From contig CAVWEH010000005.1 of assembly GCA_963753975.1 (NCBI GenBank), positions 608,001 to 672,000 on the forward strand: DNA of 64,000 bases, written 5' to 3'. The position numbers and the translations under genes were made by a program. Shown piece by piece: positions 40,075 to 50,175 of this stretch; the stretch's first letter is position 1, and every line of letters begins with the position of its first letter. Source of the DNA: an uncultured delta proteobacterium. GTDB lineage: Bacteria > Desulfobacterota > Syntrophia > Syntrophales > Smithellaceae. Under the pieces are notes generated by a model, which was given only the letters and a program-made list of their open reading frames with translations, did no database searches and was not told where the DNA came from.

Positions 40075-41106
40075 ATGTATGCCTTGAAATTTAAAGAAAG
40101 AGTTTGCGCTACCTGTCCTTCGGCCGACTGTCTCCTGAAGTGCCAGTACATGTCCTTTAGCGGACATAAAGAAGCGCATAAGGAGATGATGAAGGTTGTT
40201 CGCGGTGAGGATTCCCGCATATTGCGCGAGTGTACGACTTGTTATGCCTGCGAGGAATATTGCAGAAGAAGAAATCATCCCTTTTATCTCATCAGTGAAC
40301 GCCGGGAAGAAAAAGGCATGTTCACCGCGCCCCGCCCCATCACCAATCAGTGGATTAATATGACCAAGATGCAGGGCAAATATATGGTCGGCCAGGTGAA
40401 GGACAAGGTGCTTTCCTGCTGCTACATTCCTGCTCTGGGGATGCTGGGGCAAGGGGAAATTTTCAAGGACGTCGCAACGGCTGCCGCTTTCGGCGCGGAA
40501 TTCATGTGTCCCGCCGTCCACACTCATTTTGCCCGCATGGCGGTTATCAAAGAGCGCCTTCCTGTCGTCATTGAAAATTTTAAGAAATTAGGCGCAAAAG
40601 AGGTTATCTGCCTGCATGATGAATGCTACGGCACCTTTACTTCCATTGCCTCCGCTTACGGAATTCACGTTCCGTTTAAGCCGGTTTATTACATGGATTT
40701 TTTATTGGAAAAAATGAAAGAACTCAAAGGCAGGATCAAGCCGCTTAATATTAAAGCCGCTTATCAACGTCCCTGCTCCAACAGGCTCATTCCGGATAAA
40801 CTGCCCCTGGTGAAAAAAATCCTGAATTTAATCGGGGTCAAACTGCCCAAGAGGATATATCAGGATGAGAATTGTCTTTGCTGCGGAGAAATTATCCGGT
40901 CTGTTTCCGGCTACAAACTGGCGGATGATGTGCAAAAAAGAAATATAGACGATATGCTCGAAAGCGGTGCCGAGTATTGCGTTTTCAACTGTCCGGCTTG
41001 TCAGTCATCGCTGTCGGAGAAGGTTATCAAGAAAGGGTTGAAGCCGATCCATATTATTGATCTGTGCAAGATGGCCATTGGTGAAAAGGAAAGGGAGGTG
41101 AAGTAA
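40075..41106 (+). CDS. Fe-S/CCG-domain oxidoreductase subunit (HdrD/GlcF-like)
   Basis: CATCPSADCLLKC, CTTCYACEEYC, HDEC, QRPC, CLCCG, NCPAC. Confidence 0.82.
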   Translation: MYALKFKERVCATCPSADCLLKCQYMSFSGHKEAHKEMMKVVRGEDSRILRECTTCYACEEYCRRRNHPFYLISERREEKGMFTAPRPITNQWINMTKMQGKYMVGQVKDKVLSCCYIPALGMLGQGEIFKDVATAAAFGAEFMCPAVHTHFARMAVIKERLPVVIENFKKLGAKEVICLHDECYGTFTSIASAYGIHVPFKPVYYMDFLLEKMKELKGRIKPLNIKAAYQRPCSNRLIPDKLPLVKKILNLIGVKLPKRIYQDENCLCCGEIIRSVSGYKLADDVQKRNIDDMLESGAEYCVFNCPACQSSLSEKVIKKGLKPIHIIDLCKMAIGEKEREVK

Positions 41107-41107
41107 G

Positions 41108-42487
41108 ATGAGCGACATCCTGAAATCGCTAATCGATATCGTTGGAGAAAAAGGTGTTTCCAATACGCCTGAAGAGCTTTGGTTCTACTCGCGTGACCCC
41201 GGAGTTTTGACACCACATCTCCCCGACTACGTAGTGGCGCCTAAAACAACGGAGGAAGTGCAGAAGATCGTTTTGCTTGCCAACAGGGAAAAAATTCCCA
41301 TTGTGCCCATGGGAAACGGCATGTCCCTGACTGGTCTGGTGATCCCGTTGAGGGGCGGCATCGTTCTGGACATGAAGCGGATGAACAAAATTCTGGAGGT
41401 AAATCAAATGGCCCGCTACGCCGTGGTGGAAGGGGGAACATCGCAGGGTGTTCTCAAAGCCTACCTGCAGGATCACCATCCTCAACTACGCCACAGCATA
41501 CCCGACGCGCCGCCGGCGACAACCATCGCCGCAAATGCCGCTCTCCACGGCCAGGGCCGCCTGACCCAGCAATATGGTTTCAACTCCGATATGGTCACGG
41601 GCATGGAGGTTGTCCTGCCCACGGGCGAAGTCTGTTTGATCGGCTCTCCCTCATTGGGCCCTTACTGGTTTTCGAAGGGGCCCACGCTGCCCGACCTTTC
41701 CGGCCTCTTTCTCGGCTGGCTGGGAACGACAGGCATCATCACCAAAATCGGCCTTCGCCTCTACCCGAATAAAAAGATTCGGGACGTAGAGTTATTCGTG
41801 ACCGATCGGGTGGACATGATCCCCGACATCCTTTATAAGCTTACTCACCTGGAAATCCTGGAAGACGTGAACGTCTGGTTTCAGCCCAAACCCCTTGTGT
41901 TTCAGGGCAATTTTCACATCACCATCTTCTTTACGGGAGATACAGATGAGGAGATCGTTTTTAAGCGGCATATGATCTGGGATGCCCTGCAGGAGTATAT
42001 GGATTCCAAAGACGGAGGTTTCATGGGCGTCCAGTACATGAAAAATATGCTATTGGAGATGCCGAGCCGGGGGGTCGCCGATTTTGCCGATGTTCCGAAA
42101 GGCGGCGGATTTGAGTATTCAGGACCGATAACCATCATCGAACACTTCCCTCGCTACGCGGCCAAGGTTGTTGAACTGGCGAAGAAATACGACGTCCTGT
42201 ATGCCAGCGCGGCCCGTCTCATCTCCGGCGGGCATTGTATGATGTTCAGCATCTCTTTTGCCTTCAATCGCAATGACCCGGCTATGATGGAGCGAGTGAA
42301 GCACGCCCTGGACGAGGCCATGGCCTTCGCCTTGGAAATGGGCGGCATTCCCTGGAAACCGAATTTTGTAGAGCAGAAAATGACTCTGGAGAAAATGGAC
42401 CCCACGGCCCGGAAGCTCCTTCATATGATCAAGAAGAACCTGGATCCTCAGGGCATCATGAATCCCGGCAATTGGGAGGTAAACTAA
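41108..42487 (+). CDS. FAD-binding oxidoreductase (GlcD/D-lactate dehydrogenase family)
   Basis: PDYVVAP...EEVQKIV, GNGMSL, GMEVVLPTG, GTTGIITK, IKKNLDPQGIMNPG. Confidence 0.88.
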   Translation: MSDILKSLIDIVGEKGVSNTPEELWFYSRDPGVLTPHLPDYVVAPKTTEEVQKIVLLANREKIPIVPMGNGMSLTGLVIPLRGGIVLDMKRMNKILEVNQMARYAVVEGGTSQGVLKAYLQDHHPQLRHSIPDAPPATTIAANAALHGQGRLTQQYGFNSDMVTGMEVVLPTGEVCLIGSPSLGPYWFSKGPTLPDLSGLFLGWLGTTGIITKIGLRLYPNKKIRDVELFVTDRVDMIPDILYKLTHLEILEDVNVWFQPKPLVFQGNFHITIFFTGDTDEEIVFKRHMIWDALQEYMDSKDGGFMGVQYMKNMLLEMPSRGVADFADVPKGGGFEYSGPITIIEHFPRYAAKVVELAKKYDVLYASAARLISGGHCMMFSISFAFNRNDPAMMERVKHALDEAMAFALEMGGIPWKPNFVEQKMTLEKMDPTARKLLHMIKKNLDPQGIMNPGNWEVN

Positions 42488-43665
42488 TGGCTGACGTACA
42501 TAATATAGAACATCAAGAGATCGTCCACCGGTGTTTCCGTTGCGGATATTGTAAATTCCCGAGCGACTATGTCGATTTCAACTGCCCGTCTTACAAGGCT
42601 TTCGGATGGGATACCTATTCTGCGGGCGGGAGGATGTGGCTCATCAGAGCCTGGCTGAGTGGCGAAATTAAAACGAGCCCCCATTTTGCCGAAATACTTT
42701 ACTCCTGCGTAGCATGCGATAATTGTAAGAATCAGTGCGTTTTCCCGAAATTCAAAGATTTTCTGCCGGAAATATTCCAGGAAACTAAAGTGGAACTGGT
42801 CAACGAAGGCAGGATTCCGCCGGAGGTTCGGGATTATTTCAAGGCCGTCGCCACCAACGGCAACCCTTACAAACTGCCGCAGTCGGAAAGAGGCAAATGG
42901 ACCGAAGGAACAGAATTAAAAAAATATTCGGGTCAGGAGTATCTCTTTTATGCGGGCTGCGTCGGTTCCTACGACGAAGTGGGACAAAAGATGGCCCGCA
43001 GCGTGGGGAGTCTGCTGGTTGGCGCCGGCGTGTCCCTGGGCATTCTGGGGAGTGAAGAAACCTGTGACGGCAACGAAGTCAAAATTCTCGGAGAGATGGG
43101 TCTTTTTACGCAACTGGCCAATGACAATATCAAGAAATTTAAGTCACAGGGCGTTAAGAATATTATCACCCTTGATCCCCATGCCCTGAACGTCTTCAAG
43201 AAAGATTATCCCAAACTGGGAGGGAGCTTTAAGGTACTTCACTATACGGAAATACTGGCTGGGTTAATCAAGGCAAAAAAAATTCCCCTTTCTAATTATT
43301 CGGCGAAAGTCACCTACCACGACCCCTGCTATTTAGGCAGGCATAATCAGATTTATGGTCCTCCGCGGGAGATACTGAAATCAATTCCCGGCCTCGAATT
43401 GGTCGAAATGCGTCGTAATTCTCTGAACGCGTTTTGCTGCGGAGGGGGAGGAGGAAACTTTTTTACGGACATTTTGGGTACAGGCGTTGACAGTGCGGGC
43501 CGTGTCCGTGTTCGGGAAGCTCTGGAGACAGGCGCCAATATTATCGCTGTAGCTTGTCCGAGCTGTGCCAAAATACTTATGGATGCTGTGAAGATGGAAA
43601 AGCTGGAAGACAAGCTGGAAGTTTTGGGCATCGCCGAAATCGTCGGGAGAGCCCGCAAAAAGTGA
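42487..43665 (+). CDS. Fe-S/CCG-domain oxidoreductase subunit (GlcF/HdrD-like)
   Basis: CFRCGYC, CVACDNCKNQC, YAGC, YHDPCYLGR, CCGGGGG, ACPSC; start overlaps upstream TAA. Confidence 0.88.
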   Translation: MADVHNIEHQEIVHRCFRCGYCKFPSDYVDFNCPSYKAFGWDTYSAGGRMWLIRAWLSGEIKTSPHFAEILYSCVACDNCKNQCVFPKFKDFLPEIFQETKVELVNEGRIPPEVRDYFKAVATNGNPYKLPQSERGKWTEGTELKKYSGQEYLFYAGCVGSYDEVGQKMARSVGSLLVGAGVSLGILGSEETCDGNEVKILGEMGLFTQLANDNIKKFKSQGVKNIITLDPHALNVFKKDYPKLGGSFKVLHYTEILAGLIKAKKIPLSNYSAKVTYHDPCYLGRHNQIYGPPREILKSIPGLELVEMRRNSLNAFCCGGGGGNFFTDILGTGVDSAGRVRVREALETGANIIAVACPSCAKILMDAVKMEKLEDKLEVLGIAEIVGRARKK

Positions 43666-43679
43666 AGAAAGGAAAGGGT

Positions 43680-44210
43680 ATGGATAAAGAAGATATACTC
43701 AAGGAAGTCTATGATAAAGCGAAGGGATACGAGCTCAAAGGAGGAAACTGCGCGCAGTGCAGTATTGCCGCTATTTTCGAAATAATGGGAGTGGAAGATG
43801 AAGGAGTATTCAGAGCCGCGACAGGTTTGGCCGATGGCGTGGGCTTAAGCGGAGATGGTCATTGCGGAGCACTTTCCGGAGGGACGATGGCCATCAGTTA
43901 CTTTTTCGGCAGAAGTCGAGAAGATATCGGCAGGATGGGCAAACAGATTAAGGCCTTGCTTCTGGCAAAAAAGCTTCATGATGAATTTGTGGAGAAATTT
44001 TCCACGTGCCGGTGTGCCGATATTCAGAAAAAACAGTTTGGCCGTTTCTTTAATCTCTATGATGTGGAAGAGATGAAGGCGGCCTTTAAGGCGGGCATGC
44101 CGGAAAAATGCTCGACGCTGGTAGGAGAGACGGCGCGAATAGCCCTGAAAATTATTCTCGATGAGCAGGAAGCAAGAAAGGCAAAGCAAGATGAACTTCC
44201 TGTTTTATAG
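43680..44210 (+). CDS. C_GCAxxG_C_C family putative redox-active protein
   Basis: NCAQC, HCGALSGG, CRCADI, KCS. Confidence 0.85.
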   Translation: MDKEDILKEVYDKAKGYELKGGNCAQCSIAAIFEIMGVEDEGVFRAATGLADGVGLSGDGHCGALSGGTMAISYFFGRSREDIGRMGKQIKALLLAKKLHDEFVEKFSTCRCADIQKKQFGRFFNLYDVEEMKAAFKAGMPEKCSTLVGETARIALKIILDEQEARKAKQDELPVL

Positions 44211-44482
44211 GGACGAATTTTTGCCCGTTGTTACCAAAAACCAGGAGTATTTTATTTATGGCGTAATGAACTGTAAGATTATTCTCCGGTGCGAAACGGC
44301 TTACCGACATCCAACATCCCGAACAATTGCAGCCATTTCTAGAAGCCTTTAAAAAATATACGGACCTTCTGCCAACGGAATATCAAAGCTATTTCCGAGG
44401 CATATAAACGCACCGATTTCATCACTTGCCTGTTTAGGTACAAAATTAAACCGGTATTTTAATTAGCTCTCACTGTTTTTTA

Positions 44483-44686
44483 TCAGGACTTCTTTATCGT
44501 TGAAATTTTAAAAGGTACATATAACGGGCAAAAACCGATCAGGCTCGTTACTATAAACACAACTGCCAGAATGCCCAGAATAATTGCCGCAACGCCCGTA
44601 ATGCTGCCTGTCAGATAAAGGATAATGACAGCTATAGCCAACAATGTTCTAATAATCCGGTCGATAGTCCCCATGTTCTTTTTCAT
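44483..44686 (-). CDS. DUF2892 (YgaP-like) small membrane protein
   Basis: MKKNMGTIDRIIR...two TM helices...GFCPLY...IST. Confidence 0.9.
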   Translation of the reverse strand: MKKNMGTIDRIIRTLLAIAVIILYLTGSITGVAAIILGILAVVFIVTSLIGFCPLYVPFKISTIKKS

Positions 44687-45021
44687 ATGCTTCTCCTTTC
44701 TTTAGCTCGGTAAATGAGGAAAATAATCATGAACACTTTGCAGGATATCGCTCATATTCCAGCAAATACCTGCCCCGGTTGCAAAATTATACACCGTTCC
44801 TAATGACCGTTTTTTTTGTCACCAATATTTCCCTCAAACACTATAAATTATCATAGTACTACTGGAAACATGATCACGATATTGAAAATGTCAACCGCTT
44901 TTTTGCTTACTTTCCACAGCGGGTTTTTTCTTCCTGTCCTAAACCGACAAACCCGTTCGCTCATGTGGAGAGCGCAGGCATGGCAATAGCCACATCCGTC
45001 TTATATTATTTTATAAAATCC

Positions 45022-45065
45022 TTGACAGAGTGGATCAGTACGTTTAGTATACCCCATAGGGTATA
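45022..45065 (+). promoter_or_regulatory. sigma70 promoter overlapped by CsoR-family operator
   Basis: TTGACA (45022-45027), 17 nt, TAGTAT (45045-45050); inverted repeat TATACCC-CATA-GGGTATA (45048-45065). Confidence 0.8.
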
Positions 45066-45066
45066 T

Positions 45067-45330
45067 ATGAATCCAGAAAGAAAAAAGGTTTCCAACCGCC
45101 TACGACGGATTGAAGGGCAAATTCGAGGACTTCAGCGTTTAATTGAGGAAGGAGCGCCCTGTATTGACATTTTAACTCAGGTATCAGCGGTTACATCTGC
45201 CATTAAGAAAACAGGTGGCGCCATATTTTCCAATTACATGAAAACATGTATAGAGGAATCTGCAGGTAATCCAAAAAAAATGCATAAAGATTTTCGTGCT
45301 GCATTATCCATGTTTATTGATTTATCCTGA
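45067..45330 (+). CDS. CsoR/RcnR family repressor, CstR-like (Cys/Cys, no His)
   Basis: NRLRRIEGQIRGLQRL...PCIDILTQVSAV...NYMKTC; probable start MNPERKK. Confidence 0.88.
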   Translation: MNPERKKVSNRLRRIEGQIRGLQRLIEEGAPCIDILTQVSAVTSAIKKTGGAIFSNYMKTCIEESAGNPKKMHKDFRAALSMFIDLS

Positions 45331-45395
45331 GTAGTTAATTTATTGTAGAATTGCTTTATCATTTATCGTCTCGCTAATCGGCGAAAGGATAGGGT

Positions 45396-46658
45396 ATGGC
45401 AGGTTTCACCAAAGCTCTGATGATTCTCAATATCAAATCCGCGTATGAACGCGTTGCATCCGGCGGATGGGTTTATCTTACCTTCGTTTGCATCTTCGGT
45501 CTCCTGTTGCTCATCGGTATTGGGGCTGGAATCCACGCCTTGTTCATCGCCGGCACGCGCCATACTTACGGAACCTATCGCGAAGTTCCTGTGGCTCTCC
45601 TCATTTCCACGTATGTATATTTTGTCGTTGCCTCCACGGGACTTTGCCTCGTTTCGTCAATAGGGCATCTTTTCGGCTTTCGTCAATATGTGCCCATCGC
45701 CAAGCGCGCCATTTATCTGTCAATTATGACTATCTTGGCCGGTTTTCTGGTCATCGGACTGGAAATCGAGCATCCTTTCCGCATGGTCATATATAATATC
45801 CTCTCTCCTAACATGAGTTCCAATATTTGGTGGATGGGAACACTTTATAGTTTTGCCCTGGTTTTTCTGACTATCGAATTTATTTTTCTTTTGCAGGAAA
45901 TAAAAAATAAAAAAGCCATAGTTGTGTGTTTGCTGGGGGTAATTACCGAAGTAGCCGCCAACAGCAATCTGGGAGGCGTTTTTGCCATGATGCACGGCCG
46001 TGAATACTGGTACGGCTCCTATCTGCCCGTCTACTTTGTTGCGTCCGCCATGATGACGGGTTGTGCCTTTATTATATTTTTTTTCGTTCTGTCCTACTGG
46101 ATCAACAGGAAAACCATGGATCAGCCAACCGAAAAAGCGCTCACGTCTGTGGGAAAGCTCGCCATTCTTCTGCTCGTAATAATCATGCTTTTCACTTTCT
46201 GGAAAATGATGATTACATCTGTCGGCGGGTTGACGGAGATTGCAGCTATGAACGCGCTTATCAGCGGTCCTTATGCCTTCCGTTTCTGGGGGGTTGAAGT
46301 GTTCGGAGGGATGATTATCCCGCTTGTTTTATTGCTTATATCCAGGACAAAAAATATGATGATCATGTTTATAGCGTCGGTATTTATGATCTTCAGCATT
46401 TTTTTCATGCGCCTGGATATGGTTGTCGTAGGACTGATTGTGCCTCTATATCTCGATCTTGGCGTTGCTGAATATTCCAAGCTGTATGCGTATACGCCGA
46501 GCGTTCATGAAATTATGGTAGTTCTGGGCGGCGTCGGCTTTTGCGTTTTAGCATTCCTTTTGGGTGAGAAGATTTTTGATGGATTTAAGCATACGGAAAT
46601 CAACCATATGCCTGAGCCGATAGCGATCGATGTTAACAAAACGGAAGAAGTGCCATGA
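45396..46658 (+). CDS. NrfD/PsrC family quinol-interacting membrane subunit
   Basis: About 10 TM helices, STYVYFV, LEIEHPFR, SSNIWWMG, REYW. Confidence 0.87.
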   Translation: MAGFTKALMILNIKSAYERVASGGWVYLTFVCIFGLLLLIGIGAGIHALFIAGTRHTYGTYREVPVALLISTYVYFVVASTGLCLVSSIGHLFGFRQYVPIAKRAIYLSIMTILAGFLVIGLEIEHPFRMVIYNILSPNMSSNIWWMGTLYSFALVFLTIEFIFLLQEIKNKKAIVVCLLGVITEVAANSNLGGVFAMMHGREYWYGSYLPVYFVASAMMTGCAFIIFFFVLSYWINRKTMDQPTEKALTSVGKLAILLLVIIMLFTFWKMMITSVGGLTEIAAMNALISGPYAFRFWGVEVFGGMIIPLVLLLISRTKNMMIMFIASVFMIFSIFFMRLDMVVVGLIVPLYLDLGVAEYSKLYAYTPSVHEIMVVLGGVGFCVLAFLLGEKIFDGFKHTEINHMPEPIAIDVNKTEEVP

Positions 46659-47407
46659 AAAAAAATCGGTCCCAAGGCGGAGTGAAAGAAAAAGAGCTTC
46701 CGAAATATCCTCTTGATCAGGAACGCAGAAATTTTCTGAAGATGGGTCTTGTGATAACGGGCGTCGTAGCCTCCGGCTCTGTTTTATCTCTGATATCGAA
46801 CGTGGGGAAAGCGTATTCCTTCGATGCGTACCGAAAGAAGTATCCTTACAAGCCGCATTACAGCATGGTCATTAGGCAGGATCGCTGCATCGACTGCAAA
46901 CGATGCATGGAAGCCTGTGTGGCTACTAACCGTGTGCCCGACTATGGATGGAGGACGATGATTCTGGAAAAAAAAGTTCCCGAGTCCATGGATGAAAGAT
47001 GGGACTTTATACCGATACTATGCAACCAGTGCAATGATCCTCCCTGTGTGCGTACTTGTCCGACAATGGCAACTTATAAGGATAAAACCAACGGCATCGT
47101 CATGATGGATAATAAGAAATGTATCGGATGCAAGTCCTGCATGATGGCCTGTCCCTACGATATGCGCTATTATAACGAAGCCAAGAAAGCGATTGATAAA
47201 TGCGACTTCTGTTTTGAAGCGCGGCTTTCCAAAGGCATAAAGAACGTGGCCTGTTCGGAAGCCTGCCCCGCCGATGTCCGTGTATTCGGCGATCTGTCCG
47301 ATCCTGAAAGCAGAGTCTATGAACTTATCCACCAACTGCAAAAGCCGGTTTGGGTGTTGAGGGAAGAAGTAGGCGCCAAACCGAATATTTTTTACATGAA
47401 GGGCTAG
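46655..47407 (+). CDS. NrfC/PsrB-type 4x[4Fe-4S] protein with Tat signal
   Basis: RRNFLK, CIDCKRCMEAC, CNQCNDPPCVRTCP, CIGCKSCMMACPY, KCDFC...CSEACP. Confidence 0.9.
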   Translation: MKKNRSQGGVKEKELPKYPLDQERRNFLKMGLVITGVVASGSVLSLISNVGKAYSFDAYRKKYPYKPHYSMVIRQDRCIDCKRCMEACVATNRVPDYGWRTMILEKKVPESMDERWDFIPILCNQCNDPPCVRTCPTMATYKDKTNGIVMMDNKKCIGCKSCMMACPYDMRYYNEAKKAIDKCDFCFEARLSKGIKNVACSEACPADVRVFGDLSDPESRVYELIHQLQKPVWVLREEVGAKPNIFYMKG

Positions 47408-47418
47408 CTTAGGATAAG

Positions 47419-49239
47419 ATGAAAAAAAGTTATATTTTTCTATTTTTGTTGATATTTTTCTGCACAACGAATGTTTGCATGGCCAAGCAGGAGACTTTCT
47501 CCGACGGAGGGGGTATTCTCTATACGGAACCATTGAAGGCTGTTATTTTCCGGCATCAATACCATGTGGATGTTAAACATATTACCTGCGATAAATGCCA
47601 CAGCGGCCTCTTTGAGATGGAAGCCCTCAAAGTTCAGGGAGAAAATGATTTCACTATGAAGTCCCTGGATGAAGGAAAGTATTGCGGAGCATGTCATAAC
47701 GGGAAGGATGCTTTTGCCTCGAACACCGAGTGCACCAAATGCCACGTTCGTCTGGACGATTGGCAAGGACGAGTGGGGTATCTCAAGGGGAACCCTATGC
47801 CGTATAAAATCCCTGTTTACAATACTTCCATTTCCTTCGGGCAGGGTGAAATGAAAGTCCGCTTCAATCACGAAAAGCATTCATCGCCTTTGAGCTGCCG
47901 GGATTGCCATTCGCAGCTCTTTCGAATCAAAAAAGGTTCAAACAATATAACCCTTCTGAATCACAATCCGCAAAAATACTGTTTTGGCTGTCATGATGGG
48001 AAAGAGACCTTTTCCTGGTATAGCTGCAATAAATGCCACAAAAACTGGACGGAAATTGCCCAGGTCGGCCCCCTGAAAACAAAGGCCGACAAAGGCAGTT
48101 GCTACAAATGTCATACCAGCGCGAGCGAAATGAAAGCCCTGGTAAAACCGCCGTTAATACAGAGCGAGGGAGAGGGGTGAGCAGGACCACCTCCCCCGGT
48201 TCGGGCGGAAGATTATTACAAGGGTTATATGGTAAATCCGGCGTGGATGGGCAAGGATTTTCACCTGGGCATGGAATGCGTTTCCTGCCACAAGGGAGAT
48301 GACAAAAGCCAAACAAAGGAAGCAGCCCACGCGGGATTTGTGCGCCAGCCGTCCGATAATCTGGAAACCTGCGGCATATGTCATAAGAAGACAGCCGCAA
48401 ACTACGCCAAAGCTCTTCATTACACCAGTTTGGGACAGTATGAAGGCGTCAAGCACAGGTTTTCCGCAGAAGAACTGAAAACCTTTGACAGTAAGGTTTT
48501 TAATCAATCGTGCCGGACATGCCATGCATCCTGCGGTGATTGCCATGTCAAATCGCCGCCTGTTTCCGGCATTACCACCGGGCTCTTGCAAGGCCACAAA
48601 TTCGTAAAGAAAAACGAAGGCAAGACCTGCGCTTCCTGTCACGGCGGCCGCGTTTATCCGGAATTTACGGGAGAATACGGTGGCACACCCGATATCCATT
48701 ATCAGAAAGGCATGATTTGTGTGGATTGTCACAAAAAGACCGAAATGCACGGGGACGGCACAATGTATAAATCCAAGCAGGAAGTCAAGGAGCGCCCCCG
48801 CTGTCAGTCTTGCCACAAAGATAAAAAATTTCAGCTCGCCCACGAAATACACAAGGATACGGTTAGCTGTCAGGGCTGCCATTCGTCGGGTCCGTATCGC
48901 CAGTGCTACAGCTGTCATCTGGATACGGGATCTTCATCCAAACCGGGTTTTATTTTGGGTTTAAATCCGCATGACAAGAAGACGTTGACGACGCTGAGGC
49001 TTGTTCCAACTGTAAGGACTACATTTAATCAGGCCGGAATCAAAATGGAAAACTTCGATACCCTGCCGAACTACTGGAATTCGGCGGTGCATAACATCAC
49101 GAAACGGACGGAGCGGACACGATCCTGTGATTCCTGCCATGTGGCAAAAGAAGGATTCCTTAAGCGCGAATCGCTTATTAAGGATGGTTCAAAAGCGAAT
49201 GAGGAGTTAATTTACAACATTAAACCAAGCAGCAAGTAG
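47419..49239 (+). CDS. 17-heme cytochrome c selenoprotein, 606 aa, Sec254
   Basis: ORFs 47419-48180 (7 CxxCH) and 48229-49239 (10 CxxCH) share a frame, separated only by TGA 48178-48180 (SEGEG-U-AGPPPPV). A SECIS-like hairpin follows, and the second ORF has no signal peptide. Confidence 0.8.
48192..48209 (+). promoter_or_regulatory. SECIS-like hairpin for UGA 48178
   Basis: 11 nt after UGA: UCCCCC-GGUUC-GGG(C)GGA. Confidence 0.65.
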
Positions 49240-49253
49240 ATTAGGAGGGTTTT

Positions 49254-50147
49254 ATGAGAAAAACAAGATGGTTAAAAGCAGTACTGATTTTCACTTTGTT
49301 ACTTTTGCCGCTCGCGGCGATGGCCAGAAGCATCGATCCCATTGTTTCCACGGACTGGCTGCAAAAGAATCTGAAAAACGCAAAAATAGTCATCGTGGAT
49401 GTGCGCAAGGTGGAAGACTACAAGGCGGGCCACATTCCGGGTGCGGTCAACGTATTTTACGGCTCCTGGGCAATTAAAAAAGGCGACTTGCTCAACGAAC
49501 TGCCGCCGATTGACGACCTGGCCGATGTCATCGGAGGAGCGGGAATAGACAAAAATTCTCTGGTCGTAATTGTCGGGAAAACGGAAAAAGTTCCCGATCA
49601 GTTTGATATGACCCGCGTTACCTGGACATTGAAATATGTCGGCGTTCCCAATGTAGCCATTCTCAACGGCGGGGAGGATCAGTGGGCAAAAGAAAATAAA
49701 CCCCTATCCGAGGATATGGTAAAGGCTAAGGCAAAACCATTCAAGGCTTCTGTCAATAAAAATCTGTACGTGGATAAAGCTTTTGTGCTGGCCAAAGTCG
49801 GCAAAGTAATTATTGTGGATGCCCGTGGCCCCGCTTTCTTTGAAGGGAAAGAAAAGCTCCCTTTCGTGCCCAAAGTAGGACGAATCAAAGGAGCAGTTAA
49901 CCTCCCCGTGGGACAATTGTATACGCCGGAAGGTTTGTATAAAGCCAAGGCGGAGCTTGCTGCACTGGCCGAAAAAGCGGTGGGCAAGGATATGAAAAAA
50001 GAAATCATCGTCTATTGCGATACCGGAAAGACGTGTACTTCGTGGGCCTTTATTATGACCGATATGCTCGGTTACAAAGATGTGGGAGTCTACGACGGAT
50101 CATTTATGGAATGGGCGGCTGATCCGAGCGCACCAATCGAACCATAA
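49254..50147 (+). CDS. exported tandem-domain rhodanese/sulfurtransferase
   Basis: Signal peptide ending AMA, IVSTDWL, GHIPGA, ILNGG, active loop YCDTGKT, YDGSFMEW; paralog of 38018-38911. Confidence 0.9.
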   Translation: MRKTRWLKAVLIFTLLLLPLAAMARSIDPIVSTDWLQKNLKNAKIVIVDVRKVEDYKAGHIPGAVNVFYGSWAIKKGDLLNELPPIDDLADVIGGAGIDKNSLVVIVGKTEKVPDQFDMTRVTWTLKYVGVPNVAILNGGEDQWAKENKPLSEDMVKAKAKPFKASVNKNLYVDKAFVLAKVGKVIIVDARGPAFFEGKEKLPFVPKVGRIKGAVNLPVGQLYTPEGLYKAKAELAALAEKAVGKDMKKEIIVYCDTGKTCTSWAFIMTDMLGYKDVGVYDGSFMEWAADPSAPIEP

Positions 50148-50175
50148 CAAAGAAAACAAAGAAGTTGTGTTCAAG

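Noticed and set aside
44930..45000. c-di-GMP-I riboswitch
   Set aside because: A CCTAAACC fragment is present but the GNRA-capped P2 and GCAAA junction are not
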